Part shown: in pieces, positions 1 through 10,149 of the stretch
Layout of the letters: every line of letters starts with the position of its first letter
Position numbering within the stretch: the stretch's first letter is position 1
Assembly (NCBI RefSeq): GCF_004010195.1
Contig: NC_057719.1
Location: forward strand, 28,402,747-28,428,665
Origin: Chiloscyllium plagiosum
Taxonomy: Eukaryota
DNA length: 25,919 nt
Direction: 5' to 3'
The notes under the pieces: generated by a model
Databases searched by the model: none
What the model was told of the DNA's origin: nothing
What the model saw: only the letters and a program-made list of their open reading frames with translations
Program-made: the position numbers and the translations under genes

Positions 1-698
1 TCATATTTGCTTTTACTTTGGCAATCTGAATTTTTTTTTGGAAAGGGAAAGATTTATCTTCACTAACATTTCAGAATTCAAAAGCTAGAAGATTTACATG
101 AAAAGTAAATACAGGAGTAGAAATTACTTTGCATTGTGCCCATTTAGCTGTGGTTCAGCCTGCACCTGATGAGAGCAGGCATTGGGCCCACTGCTAAATG
201 GAATATGCTAATGAGGACTCCTTGTCAAAATTAGTTCCTGATGAGGACCCAAGCTTGGCCCCAGCTCAGGAGCCTTCAAGAAAGGTCAACAGGGGAATAT
301 TTTAATTTTACAAATGCTTCTCTTGGAGCCAGGTGGAGTTATTGGCTTGATTCCATCGTGATCACACATCCGCAACTGATCCTACCCTCCCAAAGCCAAT
401 TGCCCCCTCCTCCCTCCCCACAGTCTGCTCTGCCATACCCCTCCCCCCAACATCCTCACAACAGGAATTCCTGAAATAAGCTGGCCAGTAACTCGCAATT
501 GTTATTTCCTGTTAGATAAGCTCTCTGTTGAGGCAAAATTTGTGTCAACAGGTCACACCAATTCTTCAGGAGAGGCCTGAATGCCAATTTATGCCAATCT
601 TTGGTCATCTTAGTTCAGGCTCAAGCAGTATCCAACGTGGAGGCATATTAGGATATAGATACAATTGTTCAAAAGCATTAGTTGATAATTCTATTTCT

Positions 699-946
699 CT
701 ATATTAATGACCCTGCTTCACTCTTCCAACAATACCCATCCACAATCAGATTTAGACTCTTCATATCCTTAAATATATTCGGGCACCATAGATGATGACA
801 AGTTGGGAGCTCTCTCCTCTTAGAGCAATGCTTACAGCTGCTATTAACTGTTGAAAGTGGAACTGTAAAAGACATCAAACACCATTTGTCAAGAGATTCT
901 GTGAAGCTGGAGAATACTTGCTCAAACAATCAAGAGTTTCTGTGAC
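699..946 (-). pseudogene. Candidate distal exon remnant
   Basis: Acceptor ctcatag at 948-947. LFEQVFSSFTESLDKWCLMSF resembles an RGS terminal helix. Phase is not clearly matched to the previous exon. Confidence 0.3.
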
Positions 947-1095
947 CTATGAGTACCACAGCACTTTTTCTTAAAAAATTGGATTTTAAAATGTGGGAAG
1001 CACTGGCTATGCCAACATTTCTAGCTCGTCCCTTGAGTCTGTAATGAGTTGATTCAGTTTTGATTTTCATTTCTTTCCGTTTAATTGACTCTCAC

Positions 1096-1625
1096 ATTAG
1101 ATCCATTGCCTTGGAAGTGAATGTCCTGTATGGTGTGGGACTGAGACCCTGGGCACTCAGACCACTGCTCTGTCTTGGGAAAAGTTTTGAGCAATTAGGC
1201 TGGGGCTGTTTTCCCTGGAGCATCAGAGGCTGAGGGGTGACCTTATAGAGGTTTACAAAATCATGAGGGGTACGAATAGGGTAAATAGACAAGGTATTTT
1301 CCCTGGTGTGGGTGAGTCCAGAACTAGAGGGCATAAGTTTAAGGTGAGAGGGGAAAGATATAACAGGGACCTAAGGGGCAGCTTTTTCATGCAGAGGGTG
1401 GTGTGTGTATAGAATAAGCTGTCAGAGGAAGTGGTGGAGGCTAGCACCATTACAGCATTTAAAAGGCTGCTGGATGGGTAAATGAATAGGAAGAGTCTGG
1501 AGTGAGATGGGTCAAGTGCTAGCAAATGGGACTAGATTAGATTAGGATATCTGGTCAGCATGGACGAGTTAGAATGAAGGGTCTGTTTCCATGCTGTACA
1601 TTTCTATGAGTCTATGAGTCTATCT
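1096..1625 (-). pseudogene. 102-nt exon split by a CR1 insertion just after its acceptor
   Basis: Acceptor ctttcttccctgtattttcag at 1627-1626 abuts the CR1 tail. The exon body resumes at 1195 and ends TAAT|gtgaga at 1096. The rejoined exon is open in two frames. Confidence 0.5.
1196..1623 (+). mobile_element. CR1 LINE, 5'-truncated 3' end
   Basis: ORF2 C-terminus LGLFSLEHQRLRGDLIEVYKIMRG...TRGHKFK...FFMQRVV, 3'UTR hairpin region and (CTATGAGT)n tail. Confidence 0.95.
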
Positions 1626-2093
1626 CTGAAAATACAGGGAAGAAAGATGCGTGTGGGCATCAATAAATAGCAACAAGAGCAGCCACGCTGTGAGGATGAG
1701 CAATGAATGCTTGAAAACTTGGAGCTGAATGCTTGATAGCCTACAGCCACTTCTCATTTGTGTCTGTTCAGACCGCAAATGCTGTTACAGCCGAATCATG
1801 AGGTTGCTGCACTGATAAAATTACCACAGGTGTCCTTTCAACCTCCAGACTGAGAACATTGCACTATTTGAAAAGTCTAACTGGATGCAAGTAGGTTGCG
1901 TAAAGAACTGAACTATTCAAATATAGCATTGTTTGCAAAACAATCAGAAGGAAACTGATAGCACATCTCAATGTTGGGGCATGTTAGTTCGGCGAGTTTC
2001 TTACTGTAAGGAGTCACTTCTTTGATCAGCCAGGAGGGGCAGTGTCTCTTTAACTGGTACAAGAACAGTATCTGATTTGGCTCTGACTCTCAC

Positions 2094-2155
2094 CTTGGTC
2101 AAACAAGCTGCCAATGCACTTCATCTCGGCTTACATGTGAAAAATAGTCACATAA
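2094..2155 (-). pseudogene. Candidate 62-nt exon
   Basis: Bounded gttgctttag|TTA...CAAG|gtgaga. Reads LCDYFSHVSRDEVHWQLV*P. Confidence 0.4.
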
Positions 2156-2614
2156 CTAAAGCAACAGCCCAAAAATGGAACCACAATTCAACAGAAGTCA
2201 GTCCAACAGGATAAAAATCAGAGAAAATTGAAAAGAACAAGTAAACTGGAAAAGCATTCATGATTAGATGAGGAAACATTTAGCCAATTCAAAATGGGGA
2301 GAAGTTGAAAGAAAAGACCTAGTTCAGTGTGAATAAGTTATCTGTCACAGTAACAATATAATGATCTTTTAAAAACATTGTAATGCTTCTTTAGCTTTGG
2401 TTTATTTTGTGTTGAGTTGGTGCGGGAGATTTGTGACCAGGTTAATGAGAAAAGCAAGTGCTGCACTTAATTTAAACCCACTGACCGTATCAATAAATTA
2501 CTGTATTGTGCAAACAACAGTCAAAAACTATCACTGTTATTGTATTGTTAACCTACATTAATAAAGAGAGTTAAAATAACTTAGTTTTATGAAGACATTT
2601 GCAACAAAACAGAC

Positions 2615-2743
2615 TTTCTGCCCAATGACGTGCAATTCATCTCTCAAATGTTGTCGACAGTCAATAGCTCCATTACATTGGAGCACACTGTGTTTACACA
2701 GATGTCTGGAGCTCTGCTCAGGACATTGAGCCCTTACGGGTTT
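2615..2743 (-). pseudogene. 129-nt exon remnant
   Basis: Strong acceptor tttttctttcttctggcag, weak donor gtctgt. Only phase 0 is open: KPVRAQCPEQSSRHLCKHSVLQCNGAIDCRQHLRDELHVIGQK. Confidence 0.5.
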
Positions 2744-3135
2744 CTGCCAGAAGAAAGAAAAATAAATCAGAAACATTCTTACATTAAGAGAGTACGATTT
2801 CAGCAATGATTAAAAAAATGAAAAAATATAGGGTTGATGAATGATTAAAAAAAAGCAAATGAAAGACTGCAGCAAAGACAGTTTATATTTTCTTCTGATC
2901 TGTTGCTTAAAGGGGCATTGTCTTACAATGGAAGCAACAGAGGCAAGCAATTATAATAACAGCTTAATACAATTAGCAATAGGTTTGACATTATCCAGCA
3001 TGATGGTAGATTGCAATCGGAATGATATTTCTTTCTTTGTATAAACAGTAGGGAGAACAAGGATTGAATTTTTTGAAAATAGTATTACTAAATGGAGAAT
3101 CTAACAGACGCACATTGTGTCCCTGTGTTCAATAC

Positions 3136-3207
3136 CACAAGGTGGGTGGTTTGCACATTAGTTTGCCAGACTGCAATTCTGTCCTTTAACCTGATTTCAA
3201 GCACTTG
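3136..3207 (-). pseudogene. Candidate 72-nt exon
   Basis: Bounded cttattctgtag|CAA...GTG|gtattg; open as QVLEIRLKDRIAVWQTNVQTTHLV. Phase does not match the candidate donor at 3481. Confidence 0.35.
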
Positions 3208-3481
3208 CTACAGAATAAGATTATGTTCTGTACGTAAAATAGAAAGAAAAATTAATCCCTTTAGTTTCATTTTATTTTAAATTATTGACTCTGGCAAGGC
3301 CAGCATTTTTTAACCTATCCCTAAATATCCATGATATCTTAAAGACCAGAGCTTGGATTCGCCTTTGCAATCCCACCCAAAATCATAAGCAAAATTAGGC
3401 ACTAAGGCTTTATAAACACTGCATTAAATGGAATGAAAGAACTCTTCATCTCCAAAATTATTTAAAGAGATCATAAGTTAC

Positions 3482-3852
3482 TTGCAGATTAATTGCTATG
3501 TTATTTCTTCTGGCAGCTGGTGCAGTTTTACATGGTTTTAGAGCTTTCTTAAACTTTGCTAAAGTTTAAATACATGCTATAATTTCTCTTCAATTACTTT
3601 TAAAATCCTGTGCTGAAGCAAGTTGTTCCATACATGATTGGGCTTCCTTTGAAAATTGCAAAAAATGGAGAATGATTTGAGGGCAAACAGGGTAGAACAG
3701 GTTGCTAGAAGATCAAAGAGATTTGCGAGAAGGGATCTCAGCAGAAAACGATGTCCAACAAGGATTTTCACATCAAGTTCTTTTACTTCAGCTTCCATAA
3801 GGTCCAATGCATGAAATTATTTTATTTCATAAAAGAGACGGCAATCTGCCAA
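3482..3852 (-). pseudogene. Exon remnant, RGS-like repeat
   Basis: Acceptor ggtaacag|TTG, phase 0. Reads LADCRLFYEIK*FHALDLMEAEVKELDVKILVGHRFL...NLLQHRILKVIEEKL*HVF (compare recalled RGSL1 LQ.HV+K.IEEKWF). Candidate donor gtaact at 3481. Confidence 0.6.
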
Positions 3853-3924
3853 CTGTTACCATAAAAGAAGTCACTGAGGCTCTCACTAAAGCTCCTCATT
3901 TACAGGATATTTTATCTCACAGGC

Positions 3925-4237
3925 TATGTCTTCATTTATTGCCCTCCCTGTGAAAGACTAGCTTAAGTCATTTCTAAATTAATCACATTTCAGTGGATCT
4001 GGAGTCACATGTAGCCCAGACTGGGTAAAAATAGCAGATTTCCTTTCCTAAAGGACTTTAGTGAACCAGATGGGTTTTCATAACAATTGATAGCGGCGAC
4101 AAGGTGACCACTAAACTAGCTTTTTTCATTCCAGATTTTTATTGAATTCAAATTTCACCATCTGCTACTCCCAAACCATTGTAGCCTAGGTTCTGAGTTA
4201 CTCATCCAGCGATATTACCAGGACACCGCCACCACTT
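3925..4237 (-). mobile_element. tRNA-derived SINE (cartilaginous-fish family, MetaSINE-like core)
   Basis: Minus strand contains AAAACCCATCTGGTTCACTAAAGTCCTTTAGGAAAGGAAATCTGC...TACATGTGACTCCAG, a degraded tRNA-like head and a GGCAATAAATG tail. Tail-only fragments of the same family occur at about 990-1035 and 3285-3325. Superfamily name is from memory. Confidence 0.8.
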
Positions 4238-4522
4238 CTCTTGCATTCCGCTGGCCAGAGACAGGCAGAGAGAGTGAGCATGAGCATTTCCACAGGTTGC
4301 AGGCTTTGTCATGGGATACTCACAGGACATTTGCCTTGCATCTGGCTCATGTGAACTCAGCTATTTTCATGAACCAAATGCAATTCAATTTCTTCAAAGC
4401 ACAGTTGGTATGTGACAATGGGCAGCGCATAATTCAGGTGAACATGTCCTACTTTGGCTGTAGGTAAAAACAATGACTACAGATGCTGGAAACCAGATTC
4501 TGGATTAGTGGTGCTGGAAGAG

Positions 4523-4757
4523 CTATACTAACCTACTATCCTCCATATACCTATCCAATGCCCGCTTAAATGTCCATAAAGAGGGAGAGTCCACCACTGC
4601 TATTGGCAGGGCATTCCATGAACTTACGACTCGCTGAGTGAAGAACCTACCCCTAACTTCAGTCCTATATCTACCCCCCCTTAATTTAAAGCTATGCCCC
4701 CTTGTAATACCCGACTCCATACGCGGGAAAAGGTTCACACTGTCAACCCTATCTAAC
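4523..4757 (-). mobile_element. CR1 ORF2 C-terminal fragment nested in Penelope
   Basis: NLFPRMESGITRGHSFKLRGGRYRTEVRGRFFTQRVVSSWNALP...FKRALDRYM. Confidence 0.93.
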
Positions 4758-4820
4758 AGGAGGAGAAAGTGATGAAGCAGGAGGAGGAAGTATAATTGCA
4801 GGTAGAGGAACTATAAGAAG
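4755..4820 (+). repeat. 66-bp exact copy of 5781-5846
   Basis: aacaggaggagaaagtgatg...gaggaactataagaag is identical at both positions. Confidence 0.97.
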
Positions 4821-5288
4821 TGTTCCGTGGCGGAAGATAAGGCGCTCTTCCTCCAGGCGTCTGGTGGTGAGGGAGTGGCAGTGAAGGAGACCCAGGACCT
4901 CCATGTCCTCGGCAGAGTGGGAGGGGGAGTTGAAATGTTGGGCCACGGGGCGATGTGGTTGATTGGTGCGGGTGTCCCGGAGATGTTCCCTAAAGCGCTC
5001 TGCTAGGAGGGCCCAGTCTCCCCAATGTAGAGGAGACCGCATCAGGAGCAACGGATACAATAACTGATATTAGTGGATGTGCAGGTAAAACGTTAGTCAT
5101 ATCTCCTTCACTCAGCATCAGTCTTCATTTCAATCTATATTTCAGGCAAAACGAAAGGGTCTTCCTCATCAAGGTATGCCTTGCAGGCATAAACGAGAAA
5201 CATACTGCCACAAGCAACACCAATTCCACAATTTGGAGTGCTCAGCATAGGCATGAGTGAGTATCAAGATTGGTATTAGCATGTTACT

Positions 5289-5890
5289 TAGAATAGAATA
5301 GCCTTTATTGTCACATGCACTCAAATGAGAACAGTGAAAAGTTTATAATGTCACCTCTGGGCACCATCTTAAGTACAGGGTACCTAGATACAGATACTTC
5401 AAGTGTTATTACAGAATTTAAATAGTAAAAAAGAATAGATGAACATGGGAATACAGAGTTCTAAAAGTCCAGAATGAGAATAAAAAGTATCTTTAAAATA
5501 CTCAAATTATAGTCCTTTTTCACTGAATCCACTGCCTCCACTTGCTGGCCACTGTCCAGGACTCATCTCCCAGGCCAGGACTCAGCCTGCGCTCGCTCTG
5601 CTCCCCACTCTGGGATGCGGCTGTGACTCGCTTTTGGGACTTGGTCCATGCTCACTCTGCTCCCACTCTGGCCACACTCACCACCATTGCATGATGTGCT
5701 CATTGTAAGGGAACAGTCTACACCACCACCTATCAGGCTACAGCAAGGATGTAAGGAAGCTGTGGAGCATGAGAACAAGGAACAGGAGGAGAAAGTGATG
5801 AAGCAGGAGGAGGAAGTATAATTGCAGGTAGAGGAACTATAAGAAGAACAAGATGCTACAATGTAGGAAGCCGGTGTCTACCCTGCTCCT
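5289..5890 (-). mobile_element. Unclassified non-autonomous retroposon with (AGAAT)n/TTTATTGTCAC tail
   Basis: Starts agaatagaatagcctttattgtcacatg...cagtgaaaag, a LINE-type 3' tail in reverse orientation. A related degraded copy lies at about 23580-23700. The far boundary is approximate. Confidence 0.55.
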
Positions 5891-5925
5891 TGTGATCAGA
5901 TGATACCTAAGAGTAATCACCTTAC

Positions 5926-6000
5926 CCATGCACCAATAATTTCACAGTTCTTTTCCTTAATCATTAAACACTACATTGTCCTCTTTTCAACATCACAAAA
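5926..6000 (-). pseudogene. 75-nt exon remnant
   Basis: Bounded cttttag|TTT...TGG|gtaagg, phase 0-0, after an 84-nt intron. Reads FCDVEKRTM*CLMIKEKNCEIIGAW. Confidence 0.6.
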
Positions 6001-6084
6001 CTAAAAGCTACCGGAACATATATATACCAAACCAATTTTATAAATTTGCTCAGTATGTAGTGCTTACAAAATTAAACTAATCAC

Positions 6085-6329
6085 CCTTGCACTTCTCTCA
6101 ACGCCTGTCTTCTGTGTCCCACTATTTATCTTGGTGTTTCTGTGCTTCCCCAGTGCCTGTCACGTTGTGAAAAGCTGCTGATCTTCAATTGAAGAGAGTG
6201 TACAAGGCCTGGGAGGATAGCCTTGAGCAGTGTTCAGTTTAGACAGGCTGACTTCAGAAAGCACCGTTTCAGTCTGGACTATAGCAGTCTGTTCTGCTAG
6301 CAAGGATGCAGAAACTGTGCTGCCTTCAT
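6085..6329 (-). pseudogene. 245-nt linker exon remnant
   Basis: Strong acceptor tttcctctttcttgcag and donor AGG|gtgatt, phase 1-0. 81 codons with a single TGA: DEGSTVSASLLAEQ...QLFTT*QALGKHRNTKINSGTQKTGVERSAR. Confidence 0.65.
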
Positions 6330-6656
6330 CTGCAAGAAAGAGGAAATGAAGTATGTCAGTGAGTGTCCTGGAATATGTTTGGGTGACATGACTGCCATGG
6401 TTGAGCACAAATGAGCTGTGAGTTGTGGATGCAAGGCTCACAACAGTGTTACATATGGGAGCGGAGATAAAACACAAAGAGTTGGAAGTTGGAGTACTGT
6501 TTGATAATTATTGTCAGTTAGTGAGGACAGCAGTATATGATAGTCGATAAAGCTGGTAATGCAATTAGTAGAATATGTCATTTGAAAATTAAAGTCATAT
6601 AACCTTGGCAACTCAAGTTAGTTTGTGAAACCTTTGCTCTGCATGATGTTCCATAC

Positions 6657-7375
6657 CTCTGCCATTGATCTCTGATGCTACTTCTTCTCACACCTCTTCA
6701 GCAATAATGAAACAACAACTTGCATTTATATAGCCCCCTCAAAGAATCCTGCTGGGGCTCCACCCCTGGGTAAGTAGGGCAAAAAGACGAGTTGATGTCA
6801 TGGTTTCAGAGTGGTTGATGTTCCTTCCCAACCACTTCACTGCAGCAAGGAAAAGAAAACAGTCCAAAGATTCATCAGGAAATATCATTCTTGCAAACTG
6901 CAAAATATTTGTTACAAAATACTGGGGTCCCCATCCAACAGGTTTGGTTTGATCAGAGGTGATGAGGGAGGATGAATTTCAGCAGGCGGCTGAGGGAAAG
7001 TTTCCATAATTGGACTATGGCGATCTCTCGGCAGAGAAATATTCTCCGTCCAGTGGGGCTGCAACTTGTGAAGTTAATCCAGGGGCCCCTGAATGAGAGA
7101 ATGTGAGGTTGCATTTATGATTTGAAGGCACTCTCCCAAAAACAACAAAGACAATGGCCACGCCCACACATCCCTAGAATGTTCTCAAGTCTGGAAGCAA
7201 CAATTGACAAGCCGTCAACTGTCTGTCCTCTTCATTAGCAATAACAAAAGCAAGGTCAATTGTTTTCAAATTAAATCAAAATGACAAAGAAGGATCAACA
7301 GCACAAAACATAGGTATACCAGGCAAAACGCTTCAATTTATTTTCTGGCAAGTATGAAAACATGATCTTTTATTT
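6657..7375 (-). pseudogene. Large exon remnant, RGS-like repeat
   Basis: Bounded tttttctgtag|AA ... AGAG|gtatgg, phase 1 at both ends. Reads LKTIDLAFVIANEEDRQL...HCLCCFWESAFKS / GEYFSAERSP*SN ... IIAEEV*EEVASEINGR. Confidence 0.52.
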
Positions 7376-7636
7376 CTACAGAAAAATATTACCTTTCAAC
7401 AATCTGAATGATGTCACACAGAAGCTATCACTACAGGTTACCTTCACTGTTCTAAACAGTCACCACTAACAGTGTTGCCTCGCTCCCTGTGGGAGGACAG
7501 TATCCCCTTACATTTTTAAACTGAAGGGCACAGTTCATGCACAGCGCAGGTTTATTGAACACTGAAGGCTCTAAGATATTCCCACTCCTCCACACCCAGC
7601 TTCCTGTGCCTACAACTCTTTAACTGTGTCACTCAC

Positions 7637-7753
7637 CAGCCTCTCTCTAGCTAGCCACTGGGCAGGCTTTCCTCAGCAGATGGGACAAAACAACTGTATC
7701 CAGTCATGCGTTAAAAGTGCCAGAGGGAGGAAGTTTTATAGGAATACCATATG
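7637..7753 (-). pseudogene. 117-nt exon remnant
   Basis: Bounded tttacaaag|CA...GCTG|gtgagt, phase 1-1. Reads YGIPIKLPPSGTFNA*LDTVVLSHLLRKACPVAS*REA. Confidence 0.5.
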
Positions 7754-8079
7754 CTTTGTAAATAAATGTATTCATGAGAAATGACTAAACGTGAATTGAT
7801 TTTCAACGCTTTTGGTCATTAGATACGGTGATAGCGGAGGCACATCTCACAATTCAGGAAGTACATTGTGGTAAATGGATACTTATGGGGAAAGGATTAA
7901 TACTGCATCACTTCTTTTTAGCACCACAAGTTTTGAAAATTGTCATGTGTCACATTAAATTTACCAAAAACCATCTGCCTTAAATTTTAGTCACAGTTTG
8001 TAATGAAAGGAAACGAGTCAATTTAAAATAAAACTGCAATGCAAAAAGTGACAGCCCAGAAGCACAAGCAGGTAACAGC

Positions 8080-8743
8080 CATGTAAATAAGTGACTAAAA
8101 GGTGCCAGTGTCTGTGAAACTGTTTCCCAGGAAGAGTCAACACTTTGTGGAGAGGGCTAAGTGCAGGGAATGGTCGTTCTGAATTGTGCACTGAAAATAA
8201 TGATCTTATTGCTGATGCAACTTGATCATCTTATGTTAACTGTAATGTCTGTATCAAGACATGTACTAATCTAGCCACAGAGTGAAAGAAGTCTCACTAT
8301 CAAAAAGCATGTTTACTTTTATTGGTAACATGATCTAAACTGGCATCCAGCAAAATGCTGGAGGCAAGTGAGAGAGATAAATCTTGATCAGATAAAGTAT
8401 TGAAGGTCCTTTATGTTCAGAAAATAAAGTACTCATAAGCTTATCAAAGAAGTCATTGTGCTGGAATACAGTGCTAAGATTTGTCTTTTTTCGCAAATTT
8501 CCCTTCCTTTGTTGAAAGTGCAGACTCAGACTGGAAAATTGTTTCACAGGTATTCACTACCTCAGCCTTTAACGCTTCTTCCAATGTAAGGTCATTAGGA
8601 CAAGAGTATATCAGAGTTTAGGTAAAAACAATGACTGCAGATGCTGGAAACCAGATTCTGGATTAGTGGTGCTGGAAGAGCACAGCAGTTCAGGCCAGCA
8701 CCACTATATCAGAGCTTATCCTCCTGCTGTAACTGTCCAACAC
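8080..8743 (-). pseudogene. Large exon remnant with RGS-like repeat, interrupted by a Penelope insert
   Basis: Acceptor catgtag at 8745-8744. After removing the insert it reads LIYSCPNDLTLEEALKAEVVNTCETIF... / LSTVFQHNDFFDKLMSTLFSEHKGPSILYLIK / ...TVNI...PSPQSVDSSWETVSQTLAPF. 3' end uncertain. Confidence 0.55.
8617..8704 (-). mobile_element. Penelope terminal-repeat fragment with 10-bp TSD
   Basis: ggtaaaaacaatgactgcagatgctggaaaccag... flanked by TATATCAGAG at 8607-8616 and 8705-8714. Confidence 0.92.
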
Positions 8744-8752
8744 CTACATGGG

Positions 8753-9252
8753 TATAACAGGAAGGATTTTATTAAGTTGGAGAGGGCTCAGAAAAAAATT
8801 ACCAGCAGGATGTGGGAAATGGAAGGTTTGAGTTTTAAAAATAGGCTGGATAGGCTGGCACTTTGTTCATTCGAGCGGAGGAGCTTGAGGGGTTACCTTA
8901 TAGAGGTTTACAAAATCTTGAGGGGAATAGATAAGGTGAATAGCAAAGTCTTTTCCCTGAGGTGAAGAATAGGGGGCATTTTTTAAAGGTGAGACAAGAA
9001 AGATTTAAAAAGGATGTGAGGGGCAACATTTTTACACAGAGTGTGGTTAACATTTGGAAAGAACTGCCAGAGGAAGTGGCGGAAGCAAGTACAATTACGT
9101 TTAAAAGACATTTGGATCAGTACATGAGTAGGTTTGGAGGGATATGGACCAAACTCAGGCAGGTGGGACTAGTTTCAGTTCGGAACATGGTTGGCATGGA
9201 CTAGTAGGACCGAAGGGTCTGTTTCCATGCTGTATGACTCTAACACCCTATA
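8753..9252 (+). mobile_element. CR1 LINE 3' fragment
   Basis: KDFIKLERAQKKITSRM...RLDRLALCSFERRSLRGYLIEVYKILRGID / RGHFLK...FTQSVVNIW, plus CR1 3'UTR (gaccgaagggtctgtttccatgctgtatgactc). Confidence 0.95.
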
Positions 9253-9305
9253 ATCACAGCAGGAAACTGTGGCTGAATTTTTCATTAATTATGAGTTAAA
9301 TCTAT

Positions 9306-9690
9306 AATAATAACAACAAAAATGTGTATTTATATAGCACCTTAGATGTAGTATTGCATAGTGTTTGATGGAACTTTGCATGGTATAGGAATTGTATTCC
9401 AGAAGGTGGAGTTGAGACAGATCAGCCATGATCTTACTGAATGGTGGAGGAGGCTGGATAAGCAAATGCCTAGTGCAGTTCTTACTTTCTGTGCTGCTAC
9501 GTAAACTATCAAAAGGCTGCTCACAGTAGCAATATCAAGCAAAATGTGACACCAAGCCACATAGACGAGACTGTGCAGATGACCGAAGCTCAGGCAAAGA
9601 GGTAGATTTTGTGGAATGTCTTAAAGGAGGGAAGAGTAGGAAAGAAGTTGAGAGAATTCTAGAGTCAGGAGCTAAATTCAGAGCTGCAGA
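9306..9690 (-). mobile_element. L2-like LINE 3' end with a nested CR1 3'UTR fragment (about 9355-9493, + strand)
   Basis: The aacaacaa...tatttatatagcacctt tail resumes at about 9495 with tgacaccaagccacatag...tcttaaaggagg. The insert carries gatcagccatgatcttactgaatggtgg. The same tail motif occurs at about 6711-6740. Confidence 0.7.
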
Positions 9691-10149
9691 CCTCACTGAA
9701 TTTAGTACACCACAGGATCAAATCCAAGGGCTACAGTATTATACCCGAGTTAACCCACTGAGTCTAAACCTAAGTTTCTTTTAAATGTTCAGCACTGTCT
9801 AAACACAGATACAACTTTGTCAGCAAATTGAAAAGCTCTGGTTTTCCGTGGTGTGGAAAAAAGGCTATAGTCCTGCTCCCCACAATGCAGAATAGGCTGA
9901 ACTAATACTTTTGATTACTTCATTAGAAGTGGTATTTGGATTAAGTCAATAGAATGCATGGTTTTAACTCTCCTTTTATCATGTTGAGGCCCTGTCACTA
10001 CAGAATGATGTGACAGCACTGCATGTTATGGAATACATCCACATTATGGTGGCTCGCTCATACATGTTATACTAAACACAGTAAAAATGCAACAACAACA
10101 TTAAATTTGCAACATTAATACTGCATAAAATATTTGCTTCTCTAAGTCT

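Larger units (their letters stand above)
4461..5091 (-). mobile_element. Penelope-like element fragment (GIY-YIG C-terminus 4821-5091; terminal repeat end 4461-4523)
   Basis: LAERFREHLRDTRTNQPHRPVAQHFNSPSHSAEDMEVLGLLH...RRLEEERLIFR. The terminal sequence matches copies at 8620 and 25754. Confidence 0.93.
4324..5240 (-). pseudogene. Exon remnant split by the Penelope/CR1 composite (4461-5091)
   Basis: ACKAYLDEEDPFVLPEI*IEMK precedes the insert; TAKVGHVHLNYALPIVTYQLCFEEIELHLVHENS*VHMSQMQGKCP|gtgagt follows it. 5' end uncertain. Confidence 0.5.

Noticed and set aside
165..250. Two CTGATGAG motifs resembling hammerhead cores
   Set aside because: No GAAA-NUH after a stem II; probably part of a degraded repeat.
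110..550. Possible non-autonomous DNA transposon remnant
   Set aside because: No convincing TIR pair or TSD could be established by eye.
2625..2725. LDL-receptor class A-like motif (CKHSVLQCNGAIDC...DE)
   Set aside because: Cys spacing is incomplete, the DxSDE and terminal Cys are absent, and neighbouring exons give no extracellular context; treated as chance.
6765..6780. Plus-strand donor GG|gtaagt
   Set aside because: No plus-strand acceptor/exon chain was found to accompany it.
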